This document shows positions 8,355-16,752 of a stretch of 34,233 nucleotides of DNA, one piece after another. Position numbers and translations under genes: made by a program. Numbering within the stretch: position 1 is the first letter of the stretch; each line of letters opens with the position of its first letter. The stretch covers positions 1 to 34,233 of the forward strand of contig JACGMN010000007.1 of NCBI GenBank assembly GCA_014061035.1. The letters run 5' to 3'. The notes under the pieces are model-generated. The model was not told the origin of the DNA and did no database searches. It was given only the letters and a program-made list of their open reading frames with translations. The stretch is from Candidatus Methanophagales archaeon. Its GTDB lineage: Archaea > Halobacteriota > Syntropharchaeia > Alkanophagales > Methanospirareceae.

Positions 8355-9077
8355 ATGACGCGACCTTTTGTCTTTATAAATGCCGCAATGAGCGCAGACG
8401 GGAAGATCTCGACGGTAGAACGAAAGCAGACGAGAATAAGCGGTACGGAAGATATTGACAGGGTTGATTCACTGAAAGCAGGAAGCGATGCAATAATGGT
8501 CGGCATCGGCACTATTTTAGCTGATAACCCGTCTTTAACGGTGAAATCCGAAAGTAGAAGAGAGAAGAGAGATAAAGTAGGGAAGGATGCAAATCCCATC
8601 CGAATTGTAGTCGATAGCACGGCAAGAACACCGGTTGATGCTGAGATATTGAATAAAGGCGAGGGCAAACGGATCATTGCAGTTTCACAACGAGCAATTT
8701 TAGAGGACATCGATCTGTTAAGCAAGAAAGCGGATATTCTGGTCTGTGGCACTGAAAAAGTCGACTTGAAAGAGCTACTTCATATCTTGTGGCTGCGTGG
8801 TCTGCGCCGGGTGATGGTAGAAGGCGGTGCAACGCTGAACTGGTCCTTGATCTCAGAACAACTCGTTGACGAGATATATACATATATTGGCAATATGATA
8901 CTCGGCGGAGAAAGAGCACCCACGCTTGTGGATGGCGAAGGGTTCAAACTCGGCGGCGAGACGACTGGTGGGATAGTAAAGCTGGAGTTGTTACGTATGG
9001 TGAAACTGGACGCTGGTCTTTTACTGCAGTGGCGTGTTCAAGGTTCTCAGGGTTCAGGGTTCACGGTTCCGGGTTAG
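8355..9077 (+). CDS. 2,5-diamino-6-ribosylamino-4(3H)-pyrimidinone 5'-phosphate reductase (RibD C-terminal domain family)
   Basis: The sequence reads RPFVFINAAMSADGKIS...GSDAIMVGIGTILADNPSLTV...VEGGATLNWSL. The last ~14 codons and the stop lie inside a repeat element (see findings). Confidence 0.8.
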   Translation: MTRPFVFINAAMSADGKISTVERKQTRISGTEDIDRVDSLKAGSDAIMVGIGTILADNPSLTVKSESRREKRDKVGKDANPIRIVVDSTARTPVDAEILNKGEGKRIIAVSQRAILEDIDLLSKKADILVCGTEKVDLKELLHILWLRGLRRVMVEGGATLNWSLISEQLVDEIYTYIGNMILGGERAPTLVDGEGFKLGGETTGGIVKLELLRMVKLDAGLLLQWRVQGSQGSGFTVPG

Positions 9078-9151
9078 AAAACGATGAACATAACCCAGTA
9101 TGAAGATAAGGCAACCAATTGTGAACCGTGTGAACCTGACAACCTAAGTAG
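9036..9151 (-). repeat. Palindromic heptad element, family 1, copy C (inverted orientation)
   Basis: The reverse complement reads CTACTTAGGTTGTCAGGTTCA...TTATCTTCATACTG..TTATGTTCATCGTTTTCTAA..GGAACCGTGAACCCTGAACC. It aligns by eye with copies A and B. Confidence 0.8.
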
Positions 9152-9217
9152 CACGTTCTGCCGTTCGTGGATTCATCAACTATCACAAGATATATGAAGG
9201 GTTGCAAGGCGAACAAC

Positions 9218-9260
9218 CGTGAACCCTGAATCCTGAACCGTGAACCGTGAACCCTGAACC
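9218..9260. repeat. Isolated array of six TGAACC-type heptads (family-1 arm only)
   Basis: The array reads CGTGAAC CCTGAAT CCTGAAC CGTGAAC CGTGAAC CCTGAAC. Confidence 0.75.
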
Positions 9261-9299
9261 TATAAGAAGCCCCTTAAATATAATGTTTACGTTAGTATA

Positions 9300-9327
9300 A
9301 TTTACTTTGTAGCATTTACTTTGTAGC
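9300..9327. repeat. Tandem repeat, 14 bp x 2, about 30 nt upstream of tRNA-Ile
   Basis: The units are ATTTACTTTGTAGC ATTTACTTTGTAGC. Confidence 0.85.
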
Positions 9328-9358
9328 ACGCACACCACGCACTGAGGTGTAAGAACAA

Positions 9359-9433
9359 GGGCTCGTAGCTTAGCACGGTTGGAGCGCTCGGCTGATAACC
9401 GAGAGGTCCGGAGTTCAAATCTCCGCGGGCCCA
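9359..9433 (+). tRNA. tRNA-Ile (anticodon GAU)
   Basis: Hand-folded cloverleaf of 75 nt. The acceptor stem is GGGCTCG/CGGGCCC. The anticodon stem is CTCGG/CCGAG with loop CTGATAA. The T-arm is CGGAG-TTCAAAT-CTCCG and the discriminator is A. Confidence 0.9.
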
Positions 9434-9442
9434 TCAACAAAC

Positions 9443-9450
9443 TTTTTTTT
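9443..9450 (+). terminator. Oligo-T tract (T8) 10 nt downstream of tRNA-Ile, candidate archaeal terminator
   Basis: A run of eight T follows the tRNA 3' end. Archaeal RNA polymerase terminates at oligo-T tracts. Confidence 0.5.
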
Positions 9451-9473
9451 AGCGGAGAAAATAGGAGAGTGGA

Positions 9474-9842
9474 ATGGGGATAGAGACAAGGATGATTTTA
9501 ATCTCACCGGATTCTAAGATAACGGTAGGGCAGATGGCGGGTAAGATTCTGTCTGTTATCAGTGACAATGCGGAGATGGCGGACGCGGAGATCAGAGTAA
9601 AAGAGACCTGTTTTGGTGCATTTGTGGAAGGCGATGCGAAGAAAGTAAAAGCGATAGTGGATGAGGTAAGAAAGATGGACCCGAACGGAATTTTTTCAAA
9701 GTTACGCGGGTTTCCGATCGGCGACAAGCGGATATGTAGAGCAACGAGGAAAGGCGGACCCAGACCCGGGTTTCACCAGTTAGAACAGGAATCTCAACTG
9801 CTGCCTAAGGTGCGAAGAGCACTGGATAAGAATAAGATATAA
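9474..9842 (+). CDS. Methanogenesis marker protein 6-like small protein
   Basis: 122 aa. ISPDS.ITVGQ...VKETCFGAFVEGD...VRKMDPNGIF...GFPIGD.R.CRA.R.GG.RPGF resembles marker 6 from memory. No search was run. Confidence 0.55.
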   Translation: MGIETRMILISPDSKITVGQMAGKILSVISDNAEMADAEIRVKETCFGAFVEGDAKKVKAIVDEVRKMDPNGIFSKLRGFPIGDKRICRATRKGGPRPGFHQLEQESQLLPKVRRALDKNKI

Positions 9843-9903
9843 AGCAACTACACTACTACTACTATCTATATTAAGCACATACAATAAAAGAGAGTTAACT
9901 ACG

Positions 9904-11112
9904 ATGTATACAGGTGAAGCACTGATAGGGAAAGGATCTGAGGTTGCACACATCGATTTGCTGATCGGAGATAAATATGGACCTGTGGGCGTAGCGTTCG
10001 CAAACGCTTTAAGTCAAATGTCTGCGGGGCACACGCCGCTGCTTGCCGTGATAAGGCCAAATCTTCCGGTTAAGCCGCCTACACTGATCGTGCCGAAGGT
10101 TACGGTGCGAAACATGAAGGATGCGGAAAGGATATTTGGGCCGGCGCAGAGTGCAATAGCAAAGGCGGTTGCAGACTCTGTAGAGGAAGAGGTAATACCA
10201 GAGGACAAGGCTGAGAATTATATGGTAATTGTGAGCGTCTTCATCCATCCGGCCGCGCGAGATTACAATAAAATCTACAGGTACAACTACGGATCTGCGA
10301 AGTTAGCGATAAAGAGGGCGATGGATGGTTTTCCAGATATTAAAAAGGTGTTATATGAGAAGGACAGGTCGAGACATCCCTCACTTGGCATGAAAGTGAC
10401 AAAATTATGGGACCCGCCATATTTGCAGGTTGCTCTGGACATCCCAAATTGGGAGCATATTAAACGCGTGATTTCGAAACTGCCGCGGAGCGATCATTTA
10501 ATTATAGAGGCAGGAACGCCATTGATAAAGCAATATGGTCTCGATATAATAGGAAAGATAAAGGAGATAAAGCCTGATACGTTTGTAGTTGCAGATTTGA
10601 AGACGCTGGATACAGGTGATCTGGAAGCACGGATGGTCGTTGATTCCGGCGCTGATGCCGTGGTGATCTCAGGGTTAGCCCCTCTCAGGACTATAGAGAA
10701 GGCAATATCTGAGGCGGTGAAGACCGGTATCTACTCTGTCATCGATATGCTCAACGTGAAGAATCCTGTAGACTTGCTCAAGGAGTTAAGCGGTGCCGGA
10801 GCGACGATGCCGGATGTGGTGGAACTGCACCGTGCAATAGATGTGGAAGAGCTGGGAGAGAAGTATGCTTGGGGAAACATAACTGAGATAAAGCGATTAC
10901 AGTCTGGTAAAGGCAGTAACAGCAGGATACTGGTAGCAGTTGGGGGCGGGATACGAGAAGAGAATGCCCCGGATGCGTTAAAGGCTGGTGCAGATATTTT
11001 AGTAGTCGGACGGGGAATAACGAACGCTGGGGACGTAGAAGCTGCAAGTAGAAGGCTCTTGCGGCTGATGAAGGAAGAGATAGACCAGTACCGCGTAATG
11101 ACAGACTTCTGA
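9904..11112 (+). CDS. fae-hps: Bifunctional formaldehyde-activating enzyme / 3-hexulose-6-phosphate synthase (Fae-Hps fusion)
   Basis: The N-terminal half is [19 protein letters not shown]...GHTPLLAV (Fae). The C-terminal half is LQVALD...ADLKTLDTG...VGRGIT (OMP decarboxylase/Hps fold). Confidence 0.88.
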   Translation: MYTGEALIGKGSEVAHIDLLIGDKYGPVGVAFANALSQMSAGHTPLLAVIRPNLPVKPPTLIVPKVTVRNMKDAERIFGPAQSAIAKAVADSVEEEVIPEDKAENYMVIVSVFIHPAARDYNKIYRYNYGSAKLAIKRAMDGFPDIKKVLYEKDRSRHPSLGMKVTKLWDPPYLQVALDIPNWEHIKRVISKLPRSDHLIIEAGTPLIKQYGLDIIGKIKEIKPDTFVVADLKTLDTGDLEARMVVDSGADAVVISGLAPLRTIEKAISEAVKTGIYSVIDMLNVKNPVDLLKELSGAGATMPDVVELHRAIDVEELGEKYAWGNITEIKRLQSGKGSNSRILVAVGGGIREENAPDALKAGADILVVGRGITNAGDVEAASRRLLRLMKEEIDQYRVMTDF

Positions 11113-11115
11113 TTA

Positions 11116-12162
11116 ATGCCGAAACGTAAGAGACCAAAAACACCGTATTTAGAGAAGATCATCCACTGGAAGATGATCATGATCTACTTAATTGTCTTTC
11201 TCTCTGCGACTATCGTCCTGACAACGGCAATCGGTCCGGTTTATGTGCCCCCGCTTGAAATAATCGGTTTCATAGGGGACAGACTACTGCCCGGCGAGAG
11301 GGCAGAACCTATTCCTCATGAGGTAATAATCTTCGAGGTAAGACTACCAAGAATAATGCTTGGGATTTTGGTCGGTCTTTCGCTGGCAACCGCGGGTACA
11401 GCATTGCAGGGTTTATTCAAAAATCCCATGGCAGACCCGTATATAATCGGAATAGCCTCAGGTGCTGCAGTTGGTGCTGCGCTCTCTATACTGGTACTGC
11501 ATCCATTCTTCGGTATCTTCACAACACCTTTTATGGCTTTTATAGGTGCACTCTGCTCTATTTTCGTTGTTTATAATATCGCGAAGGTTGGCGGAAAGAT
11601 ACCGGTAGACACGTTATTACTCACAGGGATAGCAGTCTCATTATTCTTAGGCGCTGTCTTATCGTTCATGATGTCTGTAGCTGGCGGAGCACTGCATCAG
11701 ATTTTCTTCTGGCTCATGGGCGGATTCTGGTTAGCTAGCTGGACACAGGTGAAGATAATAGCTCTGCCGGTACTAGTTTGCTTCAGCCTGATTTACCTAT
11801 TCGCAAAGGACCTCAATGCGATGCTGCTCGGTGAGGAATCCGCGCAGACGCTTGGTATAAATGTAGAGAATGCGAAACGAATACTTCTAGTTCTGTCTGC
11901 GTTCATTACCGCGGCTGCTGTCTCCTTTAGCGGAACAATTGGGTTTGTCGGGTTGATAATACCACATGTCACGAGAATACTTGTTGGACCTGACCACCGA
12001 ATCCTCTTTCCCGCATCTGCCTTAGTAGGCGGAATATTCTTAGTCTGGATGGACGCACTGGCTCGTTTATTAGGCGAAATGCCAGTAGGTATAATCACCG
12101 CCTTCGTCGGTGCTCCGTTCTTCATCTATCTGCTTAAGAAGCGAAAAAGCGGGTATTATTAA
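11116..12162 (+). CDS. FecCD/BtuC-family ABC transporter permease (corrinoid or iron-chelate type)
   Basis: It has about 9-10 TM helices. RLPRI..G.LVG..LA.AG...Q..F.NP.ADPYI.G.ASGA is a typical FecCD signature. The true start may be the internal MIMIYL near 11173. Confidence 0.85.
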   Translation: MPKRKRPKTPYLEKIIHWKMIMIYLIVFLSATIVLTTAIGPVYVPPLEIIGFIGDRLLPGERAEPIPHEVIIFEVRLPRIMLGILVGLSLATAGTALQGLFKNPMADPYIIGIASGAAVGAALSILVLHPFFGIFTTPFMAFIGALCSIFVVYNIAKVGGKIPVDTLLLTGIAVSLFLGAVLSFMMSVAGGALHQIFFWLMGGFWLASWTQVKIIALPVLVCFSLIYLFAKDLNAMLLGEESAQTLGINVENAKRILLVLSAFITAAAVSFSGTIGFVGLIIPHVTRILVGPDHRILFPASALVGGIFLVWMDALARLLGEMPVGIITAFVGAPFFIYLLKKRKSGYY

Positions 12163-12163
12163 T

Positions 12164-13039
12164 TCAAAATACCGCAAATATAATGAGCGTTACGCATCGT
12201 GCGAGTTCGTTAGAAGCACCCATGACATCGCCACTTATTGCACCAAAATTCTGTCTCGCTACGTAAGAGAGAAAAAATGCGACTATGACGCCTGTGAAGA
12301 CAATAATGAAATAAAACGAAGCGGTAAAGAGTACAGCAATAAGCACGGCAGAAAGAAGAGCAGCTATGTATTTCCGTACCGAAAAAGAGCGTATAAACAG
12401 AGTTCCCATACCCTGCACAGCTCCATTCTCATTCCCATTCCCCGCCCCATTTTTACCTTCACTCACGAATCCCTTGCCTGGTAGTGCCAGTACCATACAC
12501 GTATTCATACTCAGTTTTGCAGAGACCTCGGCGATTATGAATACTGCAGCAAAATCATAAACCGTGATGGGATCGAGATACAGAAGATTGAAGTCAAAAG
12601 CAGCCACTGTGGATATAAATTCTGCACCTACAGTCTCTATGGCAGATAAACTCAATAGGAGAAGAATGATAACAGCGAACAATCCCGCTATTCCTATTTT
12701 AGCGTCCTTCATCGCTCTTCTCTTCTCTGCTCTGCTTCCCTGCGCCATCAGACCATCAGAGAAATCCGCTAAACCATCAATGTGCAGCAGACCGGTGAGA
12801 AGGTAAAGAACGAGCAGCGTGAGCAAAGCGGCAATTTCAGCTCTTGCCGGCACTGCCACGACTAAAAATCCAAAAACGATAAAAGCAACTACAGCGACGA
12901 TCAAGCCAATCAATAACCCGACAAAAGGAAAAAGATGGCTATTTACTGTAACTGCATCTATATTTACTACCTTTTTTACCGGTATTTGCGTTAAGAAACT
13001 GATAAGATCACGCATATCTTCAAGCCGTTCAATCTTCAT
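12164..13039 (-). CDS. cobS: Adenosylcobinamide-GDP ribazoletransferase (cobalamin synthase)
   Basis: FLTQIPV and the HIDGLADFSDG motif are present in a polytopic membrane protein. It contains a G/N-rich insert. Confidence 0.8.
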   Translation of the reverse strand: MKIERLEDMRDLISFLTQIPVKKVVNIDAVTVNSHLFPFVGLLIGLIVAVVAFIVFGFLVVAVPARAEIAALLTLLVLYLLTGLLHIDGLADFSDGLMAQGSRAEKRRAMKDAKIGIAGLFAVIILLLLSLSAIETVGAEFISTVAAFDFNLLYLDPITVYDFAAVFIIAEVSAKLSMNTCMVLALPGKGFVSEGKNGAGNGNENGAVQGMGTLFIRSFSVRKYIAALLSAVLIAVLFTASFYFIIVFTGVIVAFFLSYVARQNFGAISGDVMGASNELARCVTLIIFAVF

Positions 13040-13099
13040 CGCTCTAATCGTGATGCGTGAACTAAACCTTACACCCTGAACCCTTAAACCTAAGACTAC
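13040..13099. repeat. Degenerate family-1 half element (core end plus right arm)
   Basis: TCATCGCTCTAATCGTGATGCGTGAAC...CCTGAACCCTTAAACCTAAGACTACC compares with copy B TCATCGTTTTCTAATCGTGAACCATGAACC..GAACTTTGAACCTGAGTAGTCACC. Confidence 0.55.
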
Positions 13100-13435
13100 C
13101 TACCTCTTCTCTACCACCACAAAGCTTTTTGTCTTGCTCAGCGGTCGGCATTCTGCTATCTTCACTAGATCACCGATTTTTGCATTTATGCAGAGCGGGT
13201 TGTGTGCATGTATCTTTGACTTCCGCTTCTCATATCGTTCATATTTCTTGATTCTCTTAAAGTACGACCGCAGGACAACGACCGTCTTTGGCGTTTTATC
13301 GCTTACCACCTTACCTTCTAAGACCTGTCCTCTTACCGGCAACAGCCCATGAAACGGGCAGTTAACATCTTCACATTCTATCTCGGGCGTCCTGACGTCT
13401 ATCCCTATATCTTTATCTTTGTATGTCTCTTTCAT
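13100..13435 (-). CDS. rps17: 30S ribosomal protein S17 (uS17)
   Basis: CPFHG.L.VRG..L.G.VVS.K..KTVVV is present. It is the last gene of the r-protein operon. Confidence 0.9.
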   Translation of the reverse strand: MKETYKDKDIGIDVRTPEIECEDVNCPFHGLLPVRGQVLEGKVVSDKTPKTVVVLRSYFKRIKKYERYEKRKSKIHAHNPLCINAKIGDLVKIAECRPLSKTKSFVVVEKR

Positions 13436-13436
13436 T

Positions 13437-13706
13437 TTATTTTTTTATCCTATCTTCAGGTCTTGAAACAATCTGTGTACCTTTCACACTCGCGCGTACT
13501 CCTCCGCCCAATCCAAAGATGAATCGATTTCCAGCCTTTGGTATCTTCTTCAGATTTTTCCGCTCGTCCTCTATAACAAGCATGTTTCGCGTCTCATCTA
13601 CCACCGTACCCTCAAGTCCCTGAAGATTACGATTACTGCTCTCAACAACGGTGATACGCAATCCGATCAGCTCATGCTGCAGTAGATTACCAGGAGTTAT
13701 TTTCAT
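13437..13706 (-). CDS. rnp1: RNase P protein component 1 (Rpp29/Pop4 homolog)
   Basis: HELIGL...VV.S.N..L.GL.G.VVDET.N.L.I is present. The position between SUI1 and S17 is the conserved archaeal one. Confidence 0.8.
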   Translation of the reverse strand: MKITPGNLLQHELIGLRITVVESSNRNLQGLEGTVVDETRNMLVIEDERKNLKKIPKAGNRFIFGLGGGVRASVKGTQIVSRPEDRIKK

Positions 13707-14002
13707 TCTTCACCCTCTAACGTATAGCCCATTACACGAAGCGCTTTCTTTGCTAACTCCATGTTATTGCCTTGTAATCTTATACAACCGTCTTTTACCG
13801 TGCCGCCGCATGCGAACCGAGACTTCAACTCCTTCGATAGCGCCTTTAAATCTACTTCCTTCTCGTTTATCCCTTCTATAAATGTGACAATCTTACCAAA
13901 CTTCTTCCTGAGCGTATAGACCTTCACTATCTGCTGCTCCTTAGCTATCTCTTTGCAAATACATAAATCAGCAGGCAAGCCACATTTATCACAGATTTGC
14001 AT
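13703..14002 (-). CDS. Translation initiation factor SUI1 (aIF1)
   Basis: An N-terminal CxxC..CxC knuckle is followed by KFGK.VT.I.G......DLK.L.K.LK..FACGGTVK. Confidence 0.85.
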   Translation of the reverse strand: MQICDKCGLPADLCICKEIAKEQQIVKVYTLRKKFGKIVTFIEGINEKEVDLKALSKELKSRFACGGTVKDGCIRLQGNNMELAKKALRVMGYTLEGEE

Positions 14003-14006
14003 TCGC

Positions 14007-14225
14007 TTACTTGCCGCCTCCTCGTGCCTCAGCCATTTCAGATCTGACAGTTTTAATCCTTGCTATTGCCCTCTTTATTACTCCTACACGTCCGGGGTTA
14101 TCTGAAGAACCACCGGTGGCTATTGTTCCGCGCTCCTGTAACAATTCCTTCGTCAAACTCTTCAGTTCCTCGTTCCTCTCCTTCACACTCATCTTTCTTA
14201 TCTCGTCAATTCTAAATATGCCCAT
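14007..14225 (-). CDS. rpl29: 50S ribosomal protein L29 (uL29)
   Basis: 72 aa. EIRKMS..ERNEELK.L..EL...R is typical of L29. The operon context agrees. Confidence 0.85.
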   Translation of the reverse strand: MGIFRIDEIRKMSVKERNEELKSLTKELLQERGTIATGGSSDNPGRVGVIKRAIARIKTVRSEMAEARGGGK

Positions 14226-14889
14226 TATTTGCTTTCCTTTCCTTCTCCTCTTCTGTTGCTTTCTTCTCCTCTTCCTTTTCTCCTTTCTCGTCTACAACTT
14301 TCACGTTCATACGAAAAATATCTGGTACATTTGAACCGGGCGCTACTATCCATACTAGTACACCGATAACGCCAGCCTTTTTTTTCGCTATTGCATATCC
14401 TCTATCCACTATCTCTTCTGCTATAGAACCACAGTGCTTTATATAGCCCTCGACCATCTTCTCCATTCTGCCACGAGGCCCCTTAAGCTTTCCGGACATG
14501 ATAATCTCACAGCCAAGTGCTCCCCTATCTATTATTCTTTGTAAGGTTGACCTACCAGCGCGCCTGAAATGCCAGCCACGCTCTATAAGTTTTGCAAGTC
14601 TATTTGCCATCAACTGTGCATTTAGCTCCGGCACCTCAATTGGCTGAACGTCTATTTGTGGGTTATCCAGTTCTTGCCTATGGAGTATCTCGTCGGTCAG
14701 CCGCTTTATCCTCCTACCATCTTTCCCTATTATCATTCCCGGCTTCTCAACTTTCACCGTTATCTGCGTGCCCATCGGCGTTCTTTTTATCTCCATCCCG
14801 CCATAGCCCGCTCTCTCTAGCTCATTCCTGAAGTACTCGTTCAGTCGTACTTTCTTTATCCCTTCTTCTACGTATATCTTCTCTATCAC
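14212..14889 (-). CDS. rps3: 30S ribosomal protein S3 (uS3)
   Basis: The KH-domain motif IIGK.G..I..L is present, and the operon position fits. It has a K/E-rich C-terminal tail. Confidence 0.92.
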   Translation of the reverse strand: MIEKIYVEEGIKKVRLNEYFRNELERAGYGGMEIKRTPMGTQITVKVEKPGMIIGKDGRRIKRLTDEILHRQELDNPQIDVQPIEVPELNAQLMANRLAKLIERGWHFRRAGRSTLQRIIDRGALGCEIIMSGKLKGPRGRMEKMVEGYIKHCGSIAEEIVDRGYAIAKKKAGVIGVLVWIVAPGSNVPDIFRMNVKVVDEKGEKEEEKKATEEEKERKANNGHI

Positions 14890-14924
14890 GTTTTACTTAT
14901 TCATATCCTAACTTAACTCTATCT

Positions 14925-15389
14925 CTATTCTTCTCTTAACATTATCTCAACGGTGACCGTTTTAGTATTCTTTGGTGTAGCACGACCAAAAGCGCGTGGC
15001 ATTATCCCACGTATCGTCCTGCCTTGCTTCGTAGCTACGTGCCAGACTCGCAATGTTTCAGTATCGATCCCTTTGTAGTCTGCGTTGTTTTTCGCATTTC
15101 TCAGTAATTTTAATATCGCTGCGGTTGCCTTCATAGGGTATCTGCCAGCATACCAATTCTTCAGCCCTCTACGGTGCGCAACCTTCTTTTTATATCGTTT
15201 GAATGGAACTGCTACCTTCATATCCAGCACATTTTCTAAATACGTCTCTGCATCCTCCACTATCTTACCTTTTATCGCTCTGCACACCTCACGTGCATGC
15301 TTAGGCGAAATATGAAGCTCATAAGCCATCGCCTTTGCTGCTGTTTCAGGATCAATTTTGATCTCTTTACAATATTTTACCCTTCCCAT
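14925..15389 (-). CDS. rpl22: 50S ribosomal protein L22 (uL22)
   Basis: ISPKHAREVCRAIKG and the operon position support the call. Confidence 0.9.
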   Translation of the reverse strand: MGRVKYCKEIKIDPETAAKAMAYELHISPKHAREVCRAIKGKIVEDAETYLENVLDMKVAVPFKRYKKKVAHRRGLKNWYAGRYPMKATAAILKLLRNAKNNADYKGIDTETLRVWHVATKQGRTIRGIMPRAFGRATPKNTKTVTVEIMLREE

Positions 15390-15455
15390 ATTGTCTTTAT
15401 CTTCTTCCTTCTCTCTTTTCGTATCAGTATCAGATAGATCAGTTACGTACGTTAG

Positions 15456-15878
15456 TTACTTCAGAGGCACGTATTTTGAAGATCTCGTAGCTCCGACACC
15501 CGCAGCTCCGTGTGCCACTTTCCTGCGTGTCAAAGCCAGTTCGCCCAAATAATGCCCGATCATCTCAGTTTTTATATCCACATATTCGAAACTTTTTCCA
15601 TTGTGTATCCCTATCTTCTTTCCTACCATGTCAGGTAGGACGATGGCATCTCTTAGATGTGTCCTTATGCTGTCCTTATCAGAGTTCATAGCGTCAAGCA
15701 GTAGTTCCTCTTCAGGTCGGAATGACCGGTTTATCTTCCGCCGCTGCCTCGCACACATCAGTTTAGCCAGATCATCAAGCTTCATCTTCTTTAGCTTCGC
15801 CAGTGTATATCCACGATAGGTGAACTCCTCTTTCTTCTTCAAAGTTGTTTTAGTCTTACCCTTTTTTTTCTTTGCCAT
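15456..15878 (-). CDS. rps19: 30S ribosomal protein S19 (uS19)
   Basis: The sequence IGIHNGK.F..V.I..EMIGHYLGEFA.TR-like is present. Confidence 0.93.
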   Translation of the reverse strand: MAKKKKGKTKTTLKKKEEFTYRGYTLAKLKKMKLDDLAKLMCARQRRKINRSFRPEEELLLDAMNSDKDSIRTHLRDAIVLPDMVGKKIGIHNGKSFEYVDIKTEMIGHYLGELALTRRKVAHGAAGVGATRSSKYVPLK

Positions 15879-15905
15879 CTCACTTTTTCACTCTCCTATC
15901 CTATC

Positions 15906-16685
15906 TTATCCTCTTTTCTTTCCAGTTCTTTTTGCCGCTATACTTCCAACCTTCCTTCCTGGTGATGCGCCTCTACCAGGCGTTTTGGACTTACCAACAT
16001 GCTGATGTGCACCACCACCGTGAGGATGGTCAACAGGATTCATTGTTACACCTCTTACAGTTGGATATTTTGTCGCACGTGCCTTCATCTTATAATATTT
16101 TTTACCTGCCTTTACAAAAGGCTTCTCGGTCCGACCTCCACCAGCAACAACACCGATGGTCGCGAAACACTCGGATGATAGCCATTTCTTCTTGCCACTT
16201 GGCAGTACAACGAGCGATTTGCCATTCTCCACTTCATGCGCTAACACCGTAGCACAATCGCCGGAAGACCGTACGAGTTTACCGCCGTCATTTGGTCTTA
16301 CTTCTACGTTGCAGACCATAACTCCTTCAGGTATACGGTGAAGCGGGACTGTATTACCTGTCATTATCTCCGCGGCCGCACCATACGAGACCACATCACC
16401 TTCTCCTACTCCCTCAGGTACAATTATAAAACGCTCCTCTACTTTCTTCTCTACTCCATTCATTCCTGGTCTTGATCCTGATCCTGAGAGCTCATCTCTT
16501 TCTATCTTTATACGAGCGATAGGAGCGCTCCTCGCAGGGTCGTGCGCTATTTCCACGATTCTTCCTGAGACCGTCTCATTCTCATTCAACCTCACGTGTT
16601 CGAGATTTCCTTTATAACGGTGCGAGGGTGCCCTAAAGGTGGGTGATCCCTTACCTCTCCGTTGCGCTATTATTTTCTTCCCCAT
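15906..16685 (-). CDS. rpl2: 50S ribosomal protein L2 (uL2)
   Basis: GRRG.G...FRAPSHRYKG, IAHDPARSAP and VDHPHGGG are present. It carries a ~20 aa insert containing SGSGS. Confidence 0.95.
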   Translation of the reverse strand: MGKKIIAQRRGKGSPTFRAPSHRYKGNLEHVRLNENETVSGRIVEIAHDPARSAPIARIKIERDELSGSGSRPGMNGVEKKVEERFIIVPEGVGEGDVVSYGAAAEIMTGNTVPLHRIPEGVMVCNVEVRPNDGGKLVRSSGDCATVLAHEVENGKSLVVLPSGKKKWLSSECFATIGVVAGGGRTEKPFVKAGKKYYKMKARATKYPTVRGVTMNPVDHPHGGGAHQHVGKSKTPGRGASPGRKVGSIAAKRTGKKRG

Positions 16686-16724
16686 CGCATCTTTAATCTA
16701 TTTTAAATATTTCCCGTCGTATAT

Positions 16725-16752
16725 AAAGTATAACTTCTAAAGTATAACTTCT
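16725..16752. repeat. Tandem repeat, 14 bp x 2, in the L23-L2 spacer
   Basis: The units are AAAGTATAACTTCT AAAGTATAACTTCT. Confidence 0.85.

Noticed and set aside
9073-9189. 38 aa ORF starting at the ATG inside the element core of copy C (MNITQYEDKATNCEP...)
   Set aside because: In copy A the corresponding codon is AAG (no start), and copy B hits a stop after 11 codons. A conserved element-encoded peptide is therefore not supported.
9183-9440. 85 aa minus-strand ORF
   Set aside because: It overlaps the tRNA-Ile gene and the heptad array. Its peptide (GSGFTVHGSGFRVHG) is just translated repeat.
13437-14002. SUI1 and RNase P Rnp1 embedded in the ribosomal operon as an oddity
   Set aside because: As far as I recall, this arrangement is the standard conserved archaeal gene order and is not novel.
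14221-14300. The K/E-rich tail of uS3 as another microsatellite insert
   Set aside because: It is a purine/pyrimidine-biased low-complexity tract but not a clear tandem repeat. Charged C-terminal tails occur in archaeal uS3, so I did not count it.
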